Shown one piece after another: positions 17,852 through 29,655 of a stretch of 64,000 nucleotides of DNA (its first letter is position 1; each line of letters starts with the position of its first letter). Both the position numbers and the translations under genes were made by a program. Origin of the DNA: a virus. A model generated the notes under the pieces. The model saw only the letters and a program-made list of their open reading frames with translations, was not told the DNA's origin and searched no databases. The stretch covers positions 1 to 64,000 of the IMG/VR virus record IMGVR_UViG_3300008255_000114; one strand, 5' to 3'.

Positions 17852-18506
17852 TTGTTACTCCTTATAACTAAGTATAATACCTTGAGTTAAATACTATCAA
17901 TCAATTCATCAAGTGTCAATGTATTTCTTTCCTTAACATCTAGGAGTGATTGGTTAATTAAATATTCTAACGCCTCTTCCTCTTGTATCTCATATAACTC
18001 CTGAGAAGCCCCTAGTAATGTTTTAACCGCTTCCTCTAGTGTCAGGTAACCAAATTGTATAGAATCCTTATGAGCATCTCCTGTGGCTGTTGTATATAAC
18101 TTTAAGTTGTCATTCATATTACACAACCCTCCATAATTTAATTTCAAATTCAATAATACCAGTCCCTTTACAATTAGGACACTTCATATCAATATGGACA
18201 TGGTAAGGATCACCTTCACGTTGAGTTACCACTTTTAAACCGTCACATGTTGGACACAATACTCTTACCTTCGAAGATGAAGTATTGACATCATTATATG
18301 CACACAAAGTTTCAATCATGCGATCTACTTTAGGAATAACTTTCATACCTTCATATCTCCTTCAACCACAATATTAAGTTATCAAGTGTACCTAAAGCAG
18401 CCATAGATGTCAAACCAAATATTAATATAATTGCAAGAATTATACATAGTGTGCTTTCTATACTTCGTGGATTAGTCATCGACAGCCACCACATCTTCTG
18501 GGAACA

Positions 18507-19346
18507 TTAGAATTTCGTCAGTATTAAATGCATAAGTATTAGGCGCCTTTTTATAGTGGCTAAACTCTTACCAACTATGGCTGCCACATCTTGCTGTTTA
18601 TGCCCGTTAGCTAATAATTGTAGTGCTTCTACTTTCCAACTAGCTAGATCAGTTGTTATGTTCATAGCTTTTCTTAATTCAAGGTTCTCAAGCTCTAACT
18701 TAAGTATTCTTTCTTCTGTCTCAAGTATTTCATTCAATCTTTTAATCCTCCAAGTAAGGGTCTTTTGCATAAACACTGTATCATCTATATCAAACATCTC
18801 GTAGTTTCTCAGCATTATAAGCAGAGGGTGATGTGATGTCAGGAGGGCTTGTTTTAATTGATCACCAAACCGCAAAGATTTCTCCACCGCGTGACACCAA
18901 TCAACTCCTCTTAGGGTGTGGTTGTCTTTATAGCCACTAATATTATGTACGTGTTGTATTGAACTACGCACACAACCTCTGCCATTATCCAACCAATGTT
19001 CTAATATAAGGAGCATATCTTGTGTGGTGATTATAATACCACCATTTTTAGATAACAGCCCTCCCCTTACATTAAGATTTTTATGGTACTGTTTATTGTA
19101 TAGAGATTCTTTATCATAAGATGCAATTATTTGTGCCTCTAGTAATATTGATTCCTGTTTAGTTAAACCTTTGTATACAATCTCTGTAACTATAACTTTG
19201 CCCTCAAAGAAATCTTTGTTTAACCCAGCACACGAGGATACACCACTATTTCCGTGTAAATATCTCTGTCCCTTACCACTACCAACATACCTTACCACAC
19301 CATCCACAGTCACTTCATACACGTAATGTTTATTATCTTCTGTCAT
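18507..19346 (-). CDS. GIY-YIG-like N-terminus + central domain + C-terminal HTH
   Basis: HYVYEV...RYVGSGKGQRY...LEAQII; C-terminal KQQDVAAIVGKSLATIKR. Confidence 0.65.
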   Translation of the reverse strand: MTEDNKHYVYEVTVDGVVRYVGSGKGQRYLHGNSGVSSCAGLNKDFFEGKVIVTEIVYKGLTKQESILLEAQIIASYDKESLYNKQYHKNLNVRGGLLSKNGGIIITTQDMLLILEHWLDNGRGCVRSSIQHVHNISGYKDNHTLRGVDWCHAVEKSLRFGDQLKQALLTSHHPLLIMLRNYEMFDIDDTVFMQKTLTWRIKRLNEILETEERILKLELENLELRKAMNITTDLASWKVEALQLLANGHKQQDVAAIVGKSLATIKRRLILMHLILTKF

Positions 19347-19358
19347 ACACTACACCTG

Positions 19359-20039
19359 CTACTTAACTTTATTATCCGCAACTAATCGCTTAATTGTCGG
19401 AACACTCTTACCAACAAGTTTAGCTACATCTTTTTGTTTCTTACCTAAAGATAAAGCCTCTAGTGCGATCTCTTGCCAACTGCGAGTACCTTCTAATTCT
19501 GCTATCCTAGCCAAAGCTGCACTAAGGTCACTATCTTTCTTTTCTAAGACCTTCTCAAATTTAACAATAACATCCATCTCTCTTATCCTCGTAGTTAGTT
19601 CAGCACTTCTTTTAAGATTTATACTATCAAACAGTATACTATTACGTATAAGAATTGCAAGGTGGTGGTCACTGGTATTTAATGCGGTAATAAGTTCATT
19701 ACCATAATGTTTAGCTTTAGGTATATTCTTACACCAATCATATTCCTTGTGACGTTTACCAGTATTTTCATATACGTAATTAAAGGCTTTTTGTAGCACA
19801 TCCATACCACTCTTGAACCAATAATCTAATACCATGCGTAGTTCATAAGATGTTATCCTATTTAACTTTAAACCATTTTTAAGTCTTTTGTCAATTGCTT
19901 TCTGCTTGTTTATCTCTTGCTTAATAGCTCTTTCAGCAACACCAATATAGTGTTCTTTTATGTCTGCTACTCTATCCTCATCTACCTTGAAAGTATAACC
20001 TTCAGGTTGACTATCTACTTTAAATACAAAATCCCCCAT
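19359..20039 (-). CDS. HTH DNA-binding protein, paralog of 18507..19346 without the nuclease domain
   Basis: Shared DWC..., AL.TS.H.L, coiled coil and KQKDVAKLVGKSVPTIKR. Confidence 0.7.
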   Translation of the reverse strand: MGDFVFKVDSQPEGYTFKVDEDRVADIKEHYIGVAERAIKQEINKQKAIDKRLKNGLKLNRITSYELRMVLDYWFKSGMDVLQKAFNYVYENTGKRHKEYDWCKNIPKAKHYGNELITALNTSDHHLAILIRNSILFDSINLKRSAELTTRIREMDVIVKFEKVLEKKDSDLSAALARIAELEGTRSWQEIALEALSLGKKQKDVAKLVGKSVPTIKRLVADNKVK

Positions 20040-20685
20040 ATCATGACCCTTTGTTATACGTTATCCATACTGTAGTGTAGCTTATATTTGATACTAATAC
20101 AAGTATTAAAGTATAATTGTGATACCTTTAAATAATACCTCTATATAATGTTTATTCTCTTAGTGGTTAAAATTAAATATACTAAATTAACACTATATTA
20201 TAATTTAAATAAGTGTTTGTAAAACAATAGTAATTAATATAATTAAATGAACATAATAGGTATCACTTGTATACCTTTTAAATTGTTATTTTGTTTTTAA
20301 CAAACACTAGATGAACACCATACGTATCAAACGAAGTGTAGATAGGTTGGTCTAGTGAATCTTACTAATACACTTAATTCCGTTAGGAATAGACTATAAC
20401 CTTTTAGACCGTTAAGGTCAACTATTTATTATGTTAACCTCTAATCATCTTACACTATTAAAATTAAATGTAAACTGAAAAGTTAAATTACTTGGTTAAC
20501 ATAAATATTACTTCTTTACGCTTTTAGATAAATATAGTCTTTAAAAAATAAAATCCCTAACTCTCTTGACCTTATCTGTTATCTTAAGTATTTAACCATG
20601 TAGCTTTAAAGTTTATTCCTAACGGAATTATAGTATTAACTTAAGTTATCCATAGTCGTGGTTAAAGCATCCACTCCTTGTCTAA
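20040..20685. other. AT-rich structured non-coding region, candidate replication origin or ncRNA
   Basis: Divergent overlapping promoters at 20074-20117; GATACCT-like repeats; nested inverted repeats of 17, 8 and 11 bp. Confidence 0.45.
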
Positions 20686-20956
20686 CTAAACTTCTAGTAA
20701 TTGCCTAAGCCTATCTCTGAGGTGTTGATCATTTTCAATCCAACAATTAAAATCTTCATCCCAGTAACAATGATTGTTTGATTTATTGTTAATATCACTT
20801 CCATAAACCTCACGGTGTATTGTTGTATACCTAAGTAGATCATCTAGTGTCATGTTAAACCTCCTCAATCAAATTCTAAGCCACTTTAATACTATATGGT
20901 ATCATTGTATCACTTACTTGTAATAATAGCTACAGGAGCTTGTTTGGTGTGTTCTA

Positions 20957-21679
20957 CTACACATTGTAAGTTGTGTTAAGGATACTTTCTAACTTTTCTC
21001 TATTATTCTTAACTAAGAAGTTATCAACCACAGAACCATCAATCCAAAACTCACCACTCTTCTGCCAACTAGGTAAATTACCCCAGATGATATTATGTTC
21101 ATTCTCAATGTTAGTTATCATCTGCTTACAACTTACACCATGTAATTGTTTGTGTGAGTATAAACTCTGACCTAACATTTGTACACTATTACGTTCCCAG
21201 TCTTGCTGTCTCCACAGTAGGTAATTAACCACCTCATTCAATGGTAGGTTAAAACACCTAGAATCAAATATTGCACGATTAGTAAACTTATCTGAACCAG
21301 AGGTTCTTTCATTGTCTATCGAAGATGATAATAAACCCCATTCTGCTGTAGCCATAGAAGCTGAAACAGAACATAACTTTTGAATTTTATTATCAAACCA
21401 AGATGATGTGTTATAGGTATCCCAATCTTTAAGTACAAGGGAGATTTCATCACTCTGAGAATATCCAAATAAACAACCTTGAATATTTTCACATAAGTAA
21501 GTTAGTACACCACTGCGGATAGTGTGTAAATCAGCGTCAAAAGGTTTATCACAACGTTTTGTGTATGTATGAAAAGCCTTGCCATCTAACCGTATAACCA
21601 CTGGCATCTTATTCATAAGACGTTGTTGTGGTGTCTTTTCATAACCTTTCATTCTATCACCTAAAGATAAATTATTCAC
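20957..21679 (-). CDS. tRNA(His) guanylyltransferase-like (Thg1/TLP) 3'-5' polymerase
   Basis: VIRLDGKAFH, YSQSDEISL, FDSR, YLLWRQQD..RNS. Confidence 0.9.
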   Translation of the reverse strand: MNNLSLGDRMKGYEKTPQQRLMNKMPVVIRLDGKAFHTYTKRCDKPFDADLHTIRSGVLTYLCENIQGCLFGYSQSDEISLVLKDWDTYNTSSWFDNKIQKLCSVSASMATAEWGLLSSSIDNERTSGSDKFTNRAIFDSRCFNLPLNEVVNYLLWRQQDWERNSVQMLGQSLYSHKQLHGVSCKQMITNIENEHNIIWGNLPSWQKSGEFWIDGSVVDNFLVKNNREKLESILNTTYNV

Positions 21680-22507
21680 TAAATACTCCTTAATTTAAAA
21701 TATAATTGGACCAGTACCTGAGAATGTTTCTACACCTGTTAGGTGTAACCTTTCATTATCAAGTGCTTTTTGTTTCAATACGATCAACATACCTTCACAT
21801 GTGCTATAGAGATTATTGTATAAAGAATACATGCTGAATAATTCACGATAAGTAAACCTCTTAGTTACTTCATAACCATACCCATCAACACTATAACCAA
21901 ATTCTATACCATCGGGGGTTAATAGTAATATGTTATTAACCAAACCACAATCATTATTTAACCTAACTTCATCAATAATTTCTAGTATTTCTTGTAAATT
22001 AATCATCATAATCCTCCTCTCAATAGTTCATTACATTTATCCATTTCAACCTTGTGGTAATCTGCAGCTACTTGATCACCATTATCCAAAGCTTCACTGA
22101 ACAATTTATAGTGTCGATCCCATGAGTTGATGTTACTGTTGACAGAATTGAATACATAGTAATACATGTACCAAGCTGCAAAGTAGCATACTATACATAG
22201 AACTAATACTACACCCGAGATAATTTGTATACTATTCATTATCCCATTCCTCCAGAGTTTTAAAATATTGGTTGGTGTACCTTTTAGCCTTAAGTGCCTT
22301 GTATGACACACCACGATCAAATTCATCTGATGTAGTAATTAGTTTACTCATAAACTCTAAGAACACAACTTCACGTTTGGACATACCATGTGCTTGGTCA
22401 TCTGGAAAATTTTGTATATCTGCTGCAGTACAAGACTGGAATGGGGAGGGTATTTTGTTCTACTTTAGACATTTTAATTTCTCCTGTTGACGATAAAATA
22501 TAATTTA

Positions 22508-23392
22508 CTATTTTGGTAACTTCTTAACCCGACATGTAAGCACATCCTCATTACTAAGGAATAAATTTACCTTTTCTATAAAACTACTATAACCTTCAAC
22601 TACACACTGTATCTGATTATCATCGTAATTACTATATTGATTTAATAATAAATTTAACACCTCGTCTGAAATCATTCCACGTTCATGGTACATATATCCA
22701 AGTCTGGTGTAAGTCCATTCACGTAGTACACGATAGATATAATCACCTTCCTCTTGATTAAGAAACTCACCAATATAATGTTGTTTTCCTAGTATAGATA
22801 ATGTAACTGTGTATTTATTACTACGTGGCTTATTATATCCAACCAAAATACCATCTGTTTTACTGTTAGTTATGAAGTTGTTCAACTTATAGGGTAATAA
22901 TACACAGTTATCAGGGGAGTATATTTTACCACCTTTTAAGTCTTTGTCAATATTTAATTTTATATCTGGTAATTTAAGACATTCTGCCCGATACCATCCA
23001 GCGAAGTTCTGGAAGTTATGCCAATCCTCTACAACTGTGACACCCACACCACCATATCTAGGATAACCGTTATTAAAATTGATATCATAACATCTCCTAA
23101 TTATACCTCGCCACACTTCGTAAGCAGCATGGGAATTCCTATCATTATGCACCCCATAACCGAAGTAGCCGATACCATACACCATTGGGTGCATACTATC
23201 TTTCCAGCCACCATTACGTATCTCTTTCGAACCCATAATCTGAGTAATACCAGAGTCCAGTAAAACCTGATATAGGGACTTAGTAATGTCTACTCTCTCC
23301 AAAACTGTCAGGTAGTTTCCAGAACTATTAATAGACCTAGAACCAGATGGAATTAACTTACTCTTTGGTACATTACAACCTATTTCACTCAC
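22508..23392 (-). CDS. HNH-type homing endonuclease (copy 1)
   Basis: W..IIRRCY, V.EDWHNFQNF..W, IDKDL, YSPDNC; AP2-like tail. Confidence 0.75.
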   Translation of the reverse strand: MSEIGCNVPKSKLIPSGSRSINSSGNYLTVLERVDITKSLYQVLLDSGITQIMGSKEIRNGGWKDSMHPMVYGIGYFGYGVHNDRNSHAAYEVWRGIIRRCYDINFNNGYPRYGGVGVTVVEDWHNFQNFAGWYRAECLKLPDIKLNIDKDLKGGKIYSPDNCVLLPYKLNNFITNSKTDGILVGYNKPRSNKYTVTLSILGKQHYIGEFLNQEEGDYIYRVLREWTYTRLGYMYHERGMISDEVLNLLLNQYSNYDDNQIQCVVEGYSSFIEKVNLFLSNEDVLTCRVKKLPK

Positions 23393-23406
23393 AATAAAAT
23401 CTCCTA

Positions 23407-24759
23407 TTAATTAATACTTTTATTTCTCATCTCGTTTAACCAATTAACTGCATCCACGTCAACAGATATATCTTCTGGGCGTATTTTACGTTTAAGATAT
23501 AATCCGTCAATTGATCTAAGTCTACTTAGAGCAACGTATACTAAACCATTACACCAACCAGCACCCCAACCTAAATCTATGATTGCTTTAGATAAACTAG
23601 ATCCTTGTGAACGATGAACAGATATTGATGCACTCATTTTGATAGCCACTTGTGTTGCTGAACCAGATACATATTGAACCAACTCACTTGTACCGTCTTC
23701 ATGAACTACAGTACTATACCCATGTTTCTCCCAACGTGTAGGTTCAATCAAAATATCCACCCCAGATGATTTAAGTCGTACCCAAACCCCTTCACCTGAC
23801 ATACTGACCACAGTAGCCTGATCTCCATTCACATACTTAACTTCTGAATCACGAGGGGAGTTCTTAACGATAATCACATCTAACCCTTCCTTTAAATATA
23901 ACTTCTCATCACAAGGTAAATCTGCTGCCTTAAAGTCCCCCGTAAAAGCAGCCTCATAACAACCTGCAGGGTTATAGTTATTATCGAAAGCTATCTTGTT
24001 ATATGCAGCTACTGATTTGTTTGTTGCTGCCAATACAGGTGTATTTTTTGGTAATGGATAAACTACCCTCTTGTTAAAGTAGTCAATAGCCTCCATAATC
24101 TCCTTATCAAATACAGGAACTTTACCGTTATAGGAGGTTGGTAGGGCTTCTCTGATCCTACCCAACATCATCTTCATTTCAACATCAGATTGTCTCATAC
24201 CTTCTAATAACTCAACAAAATCAAAATCCATACCTTTGAAGGATTCCATAAGGAAGAATTTATCAACACCATACTCGTCACGAGCCAACCTAATATCCAC
24301 AGGTTGCATCACACAACCTAGTTGAAGTACATCCATAACCAATATTACTTGAAACCCACCCTCTGGACGATTCTTAGTTTTCTTAGAGAATCTAATAAGA
24401 CGTTGAATAAAACCATGCCATGTACTTGGAGTAATCATACTACACTCATCAATTACAATACGTTTAACCGTTCCAGTAGAAAACAGTTTCTGCACATCAG
24501 ATGACACCTTTTTTAGACTTTCTTTAGTTATATGTCCAATAGGTATAGACATACCACTGTGTAATGTATTACCACCGATAGCAACAGCACTAATGCCAGT
24601 AGTCGATAAGAAAATCGTATCATTAGAGAAATCTTCCCTAAGTTTATGAATTAACACACTTTTCCCAGTCCCACCAACCCCACTAACTATTAGATTCCTA
24701 CCAGAACACACTTTATCATACGCTAGTTGTTGTCCTTTATTTAAAATAAATTCACTCAA
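23407..24759 (-). CDS. SF1B (Pif1/RecD/Dda-like) helicase
   Basis: GVGGTGKS, TLHS, VIDECSM, QL, MRQSD, SVHRSQGSSL, YVALSR. Confidence 0.9.
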   Translation of the reverse strand: MSEFILNKGQQLAYDKVCSGRNLIVSGVGGTGKSVLIHKLREDFSNDTIFLSTTGISAVAIGGNTLHSGMSIPIGHITKESLKKVSSDVQKLFSTGTVKRIVIDECSMITPSTWHGFIQRLIRFSKKTKNRPEGGFQVILVMDVLQLGCVMQPVDIRLARDEYGVDKFFLMESFKGMDFDFVELLEGMRQSDVEMKMMLGRIREALPTSYNGKVPVFDKEIMEAIDYFNKRVVYPLPKNTPVLAATNKSVAAYNKIAFDNNYNPAGCYEAAFTGDFKAADLPCDEKLYLKEGLDVIIVKNSPRDSEVKYVNGDQATVVSMSGEGVWVRLKSSGVDILIEPTRWEKHGYSTVVHEDGTSELVQYVSGSATQVAIKMSASISVHRSQGSSLSKAIIDLGWGAGWCNGLVYVALSRLRSIDGLYLKRKIRPEDISVDVDAVNWLNEMRNKSIN

Positions 24760-25005
24760 ACTTTACCCTCCATAACAATTTCATCTTCACTCAGAACATA
24801 AATAGTAACGTCATAACTATACGCTGTCAACTTTAACTTCAACATTATTTCTCTCCTCTAAATTATCCCAGTAGTCCATATACCCTTCGTAGTATTCACA
24901 GTTCCTCTCAAACCCTAACCCAATTTTATAACCTTGTTTATGTTTATCTTCTGCTGCCAACAAACCTCTCATCCACTCTGATTGTTTCTTCATATCAATT
25001 ACTCC

Positions 25006-25497
25006 TTATTTTCCACTAATATATTTACACAGAATACCTTCCACGTCATAGTTATCCTTGAAAAGTGAGTTGAAAAAGGGAGGAATAAGTCTTACGTAAG
25101 ACTTCAAACTTTCATACAAAATACAAGGATCAATGGCCTTACCGCAGGATTTTCCTAACCTACATGCAAATCTGCTTGCTCTAGCTTCTGCTATTAAAAC
25201 CTCCCCAAGGCAGTGGCTCTTATTGGGTAGTTTAAGGTACAGTAAGCCTCTGGGGAGTCCATACTTTAGGAAAGACCCTCTTACCCTTTTACTCCTAGAG
25301 TCCATAAAATGCCCTAATTCATGTAAAAATATGGTATTAAAATTTTGTACTCTTATACTAACCTCTATAAAACTAGTACCATAATAAGATTTAAAGAACA
25401 CCCCTTGACACTCAAGAGAAATGTTAGGTTTAAACTTCAAACCGTATTTCTTACACACCTTATAACCAAAGTACCAATTCCTAATCCAAGTGAACAT
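25006..25497 (-). CDS. Putative zinc metallopeptidase
   Basis: FLHELGH plus downstream EARA. Confidence 0.5.
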   Translation of the reverse strand: MFTWIRNWYFGYKVCKKYGLKFKPNISLECQGVFFKSYYGTSFIEVSIRVQNFNTIFLHELGHFMDSRSKRVRGSFLKYGLPRGLLYLKLPNKSHCLGEVLIAEARASRFACRLGKSCGKAIDPCILYESLKSYVRLIPPFFNSLFKDNYDVEGILCKYISGK

Positions 25498-25531
25498 ACA
25501 CTTCCTCCTTACATAACCAACTAATTTCCAC

Positions 25532-25680
25532 TATATTACCTCACTAAACTTTAATGTCAACAATTAAATTAAAATAATTATAAACACGTTATAACAGGTA
25601 AACTTCAACTTACACTCTATATAGTGTACCCTACAATAAATTAAATATTTAGTTGACACTATAGTCTGGTATGGTAAAGT
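25532..25680. promoter_or_regulatory. Divergent sigma70 promoters at the strand switch
   Basis: Minus TTGACA-16-TAATAT (about 25533-25560); plus TTGACA-16-TAAAGT (25653-25680). Confidence 0.7.
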
Positions 25681-25709
25681 AATGTGTATTGAGGATAAAG
25701 GAGGAATGT

Positions 25710-26315
25710 ATGTGGGATGAGAAGTCATTAAAGTTACTGTGGTTAGAAGTTATAGGTGAGTTCAAAGTAAATTTCCCATACTACTCTACTATGCTGAGAG
25801 AATCTAAATTTAAACCTATTGTGCAGAATAACAAAGCTCGATACTTTGGTCAGTGTAGTGTAAGGGATAAATGGGTATCTGTGAACTTGTATACGCACCG
25901 TCACAGCGATAAACCAGCAGTGGTTGATACTATGCTACATGAGATTGCACACGCTGTAGATTACTGTACAAGAGGTTACACTAACCACGATAAAACTTGG
26001 AGTACGTTAGCTAAAGAAATTGGATGTAATGGACAGAGACTTAGTAAAGGTGCCAAGAAGATGAAGTACAAGTATGTGATTTGTGTCCACACAGAAGATT
26101 TATTAGTAATGGGAAGTGGCTATCATAGGAAGCCTAATAGGACTCCAGTTGGTAAGTATCTGCAAGGACAATACTACCCTAAGAATAAACAAAATACTAT
26201 TGGAAAATTAATTATGTACAGTTGGGAAAATTGGTGTAGGCTATGTGATAAGTATGGTGTAAGCTACTACAAAGAATACCACATTAAAATTGAAGATATT
26301 GGTAAGGAGGTTTAG
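25710..26315 (+). CDS. SprT-like metalloprotease
   Basis: R.FGQC, TMLHEIAHA, HDKTW. Confidence 0.8.
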   Translation: MWDEKSLKLLWLEVIGEFKVNFPYYSTMLRESKFKPIVQNNKARYFGQCSVRDKWVSVNLYTHRHSDKPAVVDTMLHEIAHAVDYCTRGYTNHDKTWSTLAKEIGCNGQRLSKGAKKMKYKYVICVHTEDLLVMGSGYHRKPNRTPVGKYLQGQYYPKNKQNTIGKLIMYSWENWCRLCDKYGVSYYKEYHIKIEDIGKEV

Positions 26316-26317
26316 CT

Positions 26318-29300
26318 TTGACATATACTGAAGATGAAATTAAAAGTTTTAAAGTATGGGGTGAATTTCACAATTACCCTAAGTGTTGTATTGATTGGTT
26401 CTGTAGTGTACATTACACAGAAAGACCAGATGATTACAACTCTGGCGCAGCTTACGGAACAGGATACCTTCCTTGTCCTGAGTGTAGTTGTAAGTGTAAC
26501 ACAGAGGATGATTTGTATAACATACTCGGTAGGGATATTAAACTTAACCAAAGTACCAAACCATCTGAGGTATATGAAGAAACATTGGAAGATATGTTAT
26601 CTAACAAATATAAAAGTATTGCAAGTAAACATAACTTAGACTATACTGATTACCTTGAGTGGGTAAACACTAAATGTAATGAATTTAAATTAGAAGGAGT
26701 AAATTAAATAATGACACACGAAGAAATGATCCGTATGATGCAAGGTGCACAGATGCAACACTCATCTACTGCACACATTCCAATTGAGAAGATTGATCTT
26801 TACATTGATCGTGTACTTGCAGAAAAGGATGAAACCTTGTACTCTATGGCCCAAGCATTACAATGGAAATTACAAGCTGCACCAATGGTGAGTTATCCAG
26901 AGTTGGAAGTTTTACCACAGGTGTTGATTCAGATTAAGAAAAGACTCGAAGGAGAAAATAAGTAATGAGTAATAAAGTAAGAATTAAGTGTTTATTGAAA
27001 AATAGTACTATAGCAGGGAGGATTGGTTGGTATGATCCATCAGCAGGGATTATCAGTTTTGACGAGATCGGTGCAGCTTTTACCATCACTCCCCTACAGT
27101 TTAATACACAGCTTAATAATGGTAGTTGGGGGGTTGTGGCAGAGGACAATACACCAGAATATGCGGAAGCTCCGATTAAATCCTCTGAGTGGACAGATAA
27201 ACATTACGACCACTACTATACACATAAACTAACTCCAGAGGAGATTGAGTCAGGTGTAGTTAAACTTAAAATTGACCCTTACTTTGTAAACTCTCTGTGG
27301 GGACTTAATTCTGTAGAGAAGTCAGGGGCTGGTTTTCATTGTTTGAAAACATTATCTCGTATGCCTAATAATAAGAACTCGCTATCTCGTGAATGGGATG
27401 CTATGATTGGTCAGTCTACTCGTGCCAAACAATTACTGGATGAGTAAAGTATAGAAATTATAATTAATAAGGGGTAAGTATGAAGAAATTATTGGTGTTA
27501 TTACTGGCAATATCGTTGAGTGGGTGTACGTGGCAAACAATAGATGAAGTGGAAATTGTGGCGTCACAGAAGGCTTGTAGTATTCACGGTGGTGTGAGGA
27601 AGATAGATGTATGGTTTGATACTGACATAACTGTTAAATGTAACAATGGTGAGGTTATATATAAATCTGGGGTCTACGAGGTTATAAATACTTTACAACC
27701 AAATTATACTAAAATAGGAGAATAATATGGCACCTCGTAAATTACCTACCAAGAAAGATCATGACTTTTTAAATTTAATCAAGGATGTTAGATACCAAGT
27801 TAAAAGTCGTCATGAGATGCATAAACCACCATTACACCGTGGGATGTTATCACGTTCATCTGTACGTTGGTATTTATCACAATGTAAGAATGACGCTAAT
27901 CTTGCAGCATGGATGGGAGTATGCGACCGCGAGTTGATACTATCTGCAAACGTAGGGTATCGAAATGAATTATTAGAAATTGCAAATTACTTATTGACAA
28001 AGTATGGTAAATTATCTACTGTATGGAACAAGAAGATTGTGTACGAGTGTGATTACTTACATGCATACATCTATAACACTTATGAATATCCTCGTCAGAA
28101 GCGTGTTGAGTTAGTTGCAGCATGGGTTAATGTGATTGACCCAGATGAGAAGTTGTACCGTTATAAGTGGAAGGAAAAATCCAAGAAGGTAGGACATTCT
28201 CGTTCCTGCACTCGCAGACTTTTAAAACGTGTAGCAGATAAATTATTTGACATGTATGGTAAAGTAGAGGATAATCCAAACTTCCGTAAGGATAACTGGG
28301 GTAATTTACTTAACCTAGAAGAATATATTTACAAGAATGCACACAAAGGTTATGATTCAACTGAAGCAATTAAATTATTTATTAAGGAGTAATTTGTATG
28401 ATTGATTTAACTGGTGCACCAGAAGACGCAACCCATTATGCTTTATCAGCAAACCACGGTGTTTGCTGGTACCGTTTACTAGAAGGTGGTTATCTTTATT
28501 TGTATGACTATAATAAAGGTAGCGACAGGGAATGGTCGGGTCCATCAAAAGGAGTGCCATGCCACACCCCAATCATTGAAATAGAAACTATCAAAAAGTG
28601 GACTATTCACAACAACACTAAAGTACTACGAGACTTGTCTGATGAGCAGCGTGGTTTACTATTCAATAGTTGGGTTAAGGATAAAGATTGTATCGAGTTT
28701 TATTATGGGTTAATGGAAGATTTTGAATCAAGTAAGAATATAACTTGGGTTGATGATGTAATATACCGAGTTAGACAAAAGTCTGAGCGAGAATTATTCA
28801 TTGAGAAATGGTCAAGTAAGATAGCAACTGCTGCCTATAGAAACGAATCTATTAGTCAGTTAGTTGGTGAAATGTTTGATGCTAAACTGGAATCATGTAA
28901 CAAGGAGAAAACTAATGCCAATTAAATACTTCCGTTCTACGGATACAAAACTTGAATTGAAAGATACTACTAAGTTGCAGAAGACAAGTCTGGATTTGTT
29001 TGCACAACAGTTAGGCTATAAGTGGTGTAATCGTGGCGGACATTATAACCCAATTGCAAGTGTATCCTTCTTTCACACTGAAGAATATGATGCTGCTAAG
29101 GCACGAGGAATGCTATCTATTTCTCTGATTAAAATGCAATCGTGGTATAATTGTAATTTTAAAAATTGTATAGAGGACTACCCTTGGCATGGAGGAGAAA
29201 TTTACCTTGCATTAGTGTCGGAATACTTAGGCTTCACAGTACCACAACTACGTAAGGCTGTTAATGCTAAATTAGTCGTAACAACACACTTGCAATACTC

Positions 29301-29641
29301 AAAGAAGTTCAAGGCTGTATTATGTACCAATCACCAGATTAAAATTAAGGAGTAATATTATGGAACAAGGTAAGCATTTATCCTTATTAGGACTGAAGGC
29401 TATGGACAGTGTGACAGGATACTTTGGGGTTATCACAACTGTAAGTTTTGATTTATATGGTTGTGTTCAATGTGTTATTACTCCTATGGTGGGTGCCGAT
29501 GGAGAGATTAAGTGCGGTAATTGGTTTGATGTATCAAGAATTAAAGTTACTAACACAACACCAGTAATGACACAACCTAATTTTGATCAAGGTTATATCG
29601 CGGAAGGTAAGAAAGGTTGTTCAATAAAGCCACCAATGTAA
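26318..29641 (+). CDS. Run of hypothetical ORFs (26318-26707, 26711-26965, 26965-27447, 27727-28392, 28398-28925, about 28915-29355, 29360-29641)
   Basis: Contiguous, SD-led, co-oriented; no recognisable family. Confidence 0.55.
27480..27725 (+). CDS. Small lipoprotein
   Basis: MKK-hydrophobic-LSGC lipobox. Confidence 0.65.
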   Translation: MKKLLVLLLAISLSGCTWQTIDEVEIVASQKACSIHGGVRKIDVWFDTDITVKCNNGEVIYKSGVYEVINTLQPNYTKIGE

Positions 29642-29655
29642 ATAAGGAGTAATAT

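Noticed and set aside
20391-20540. Third group I intron (AGACTA / TATAGTCT resembles P7)
   Set aside because: No P/Q elements, no interrupted gene, and the pair lacks the P7 bulge
26334-26639. Nested out-of-frame ORF as a spanin-like gene
   Set aside because: No lipobox or clear SD, and not near lysis genes; probably a shadow ORF
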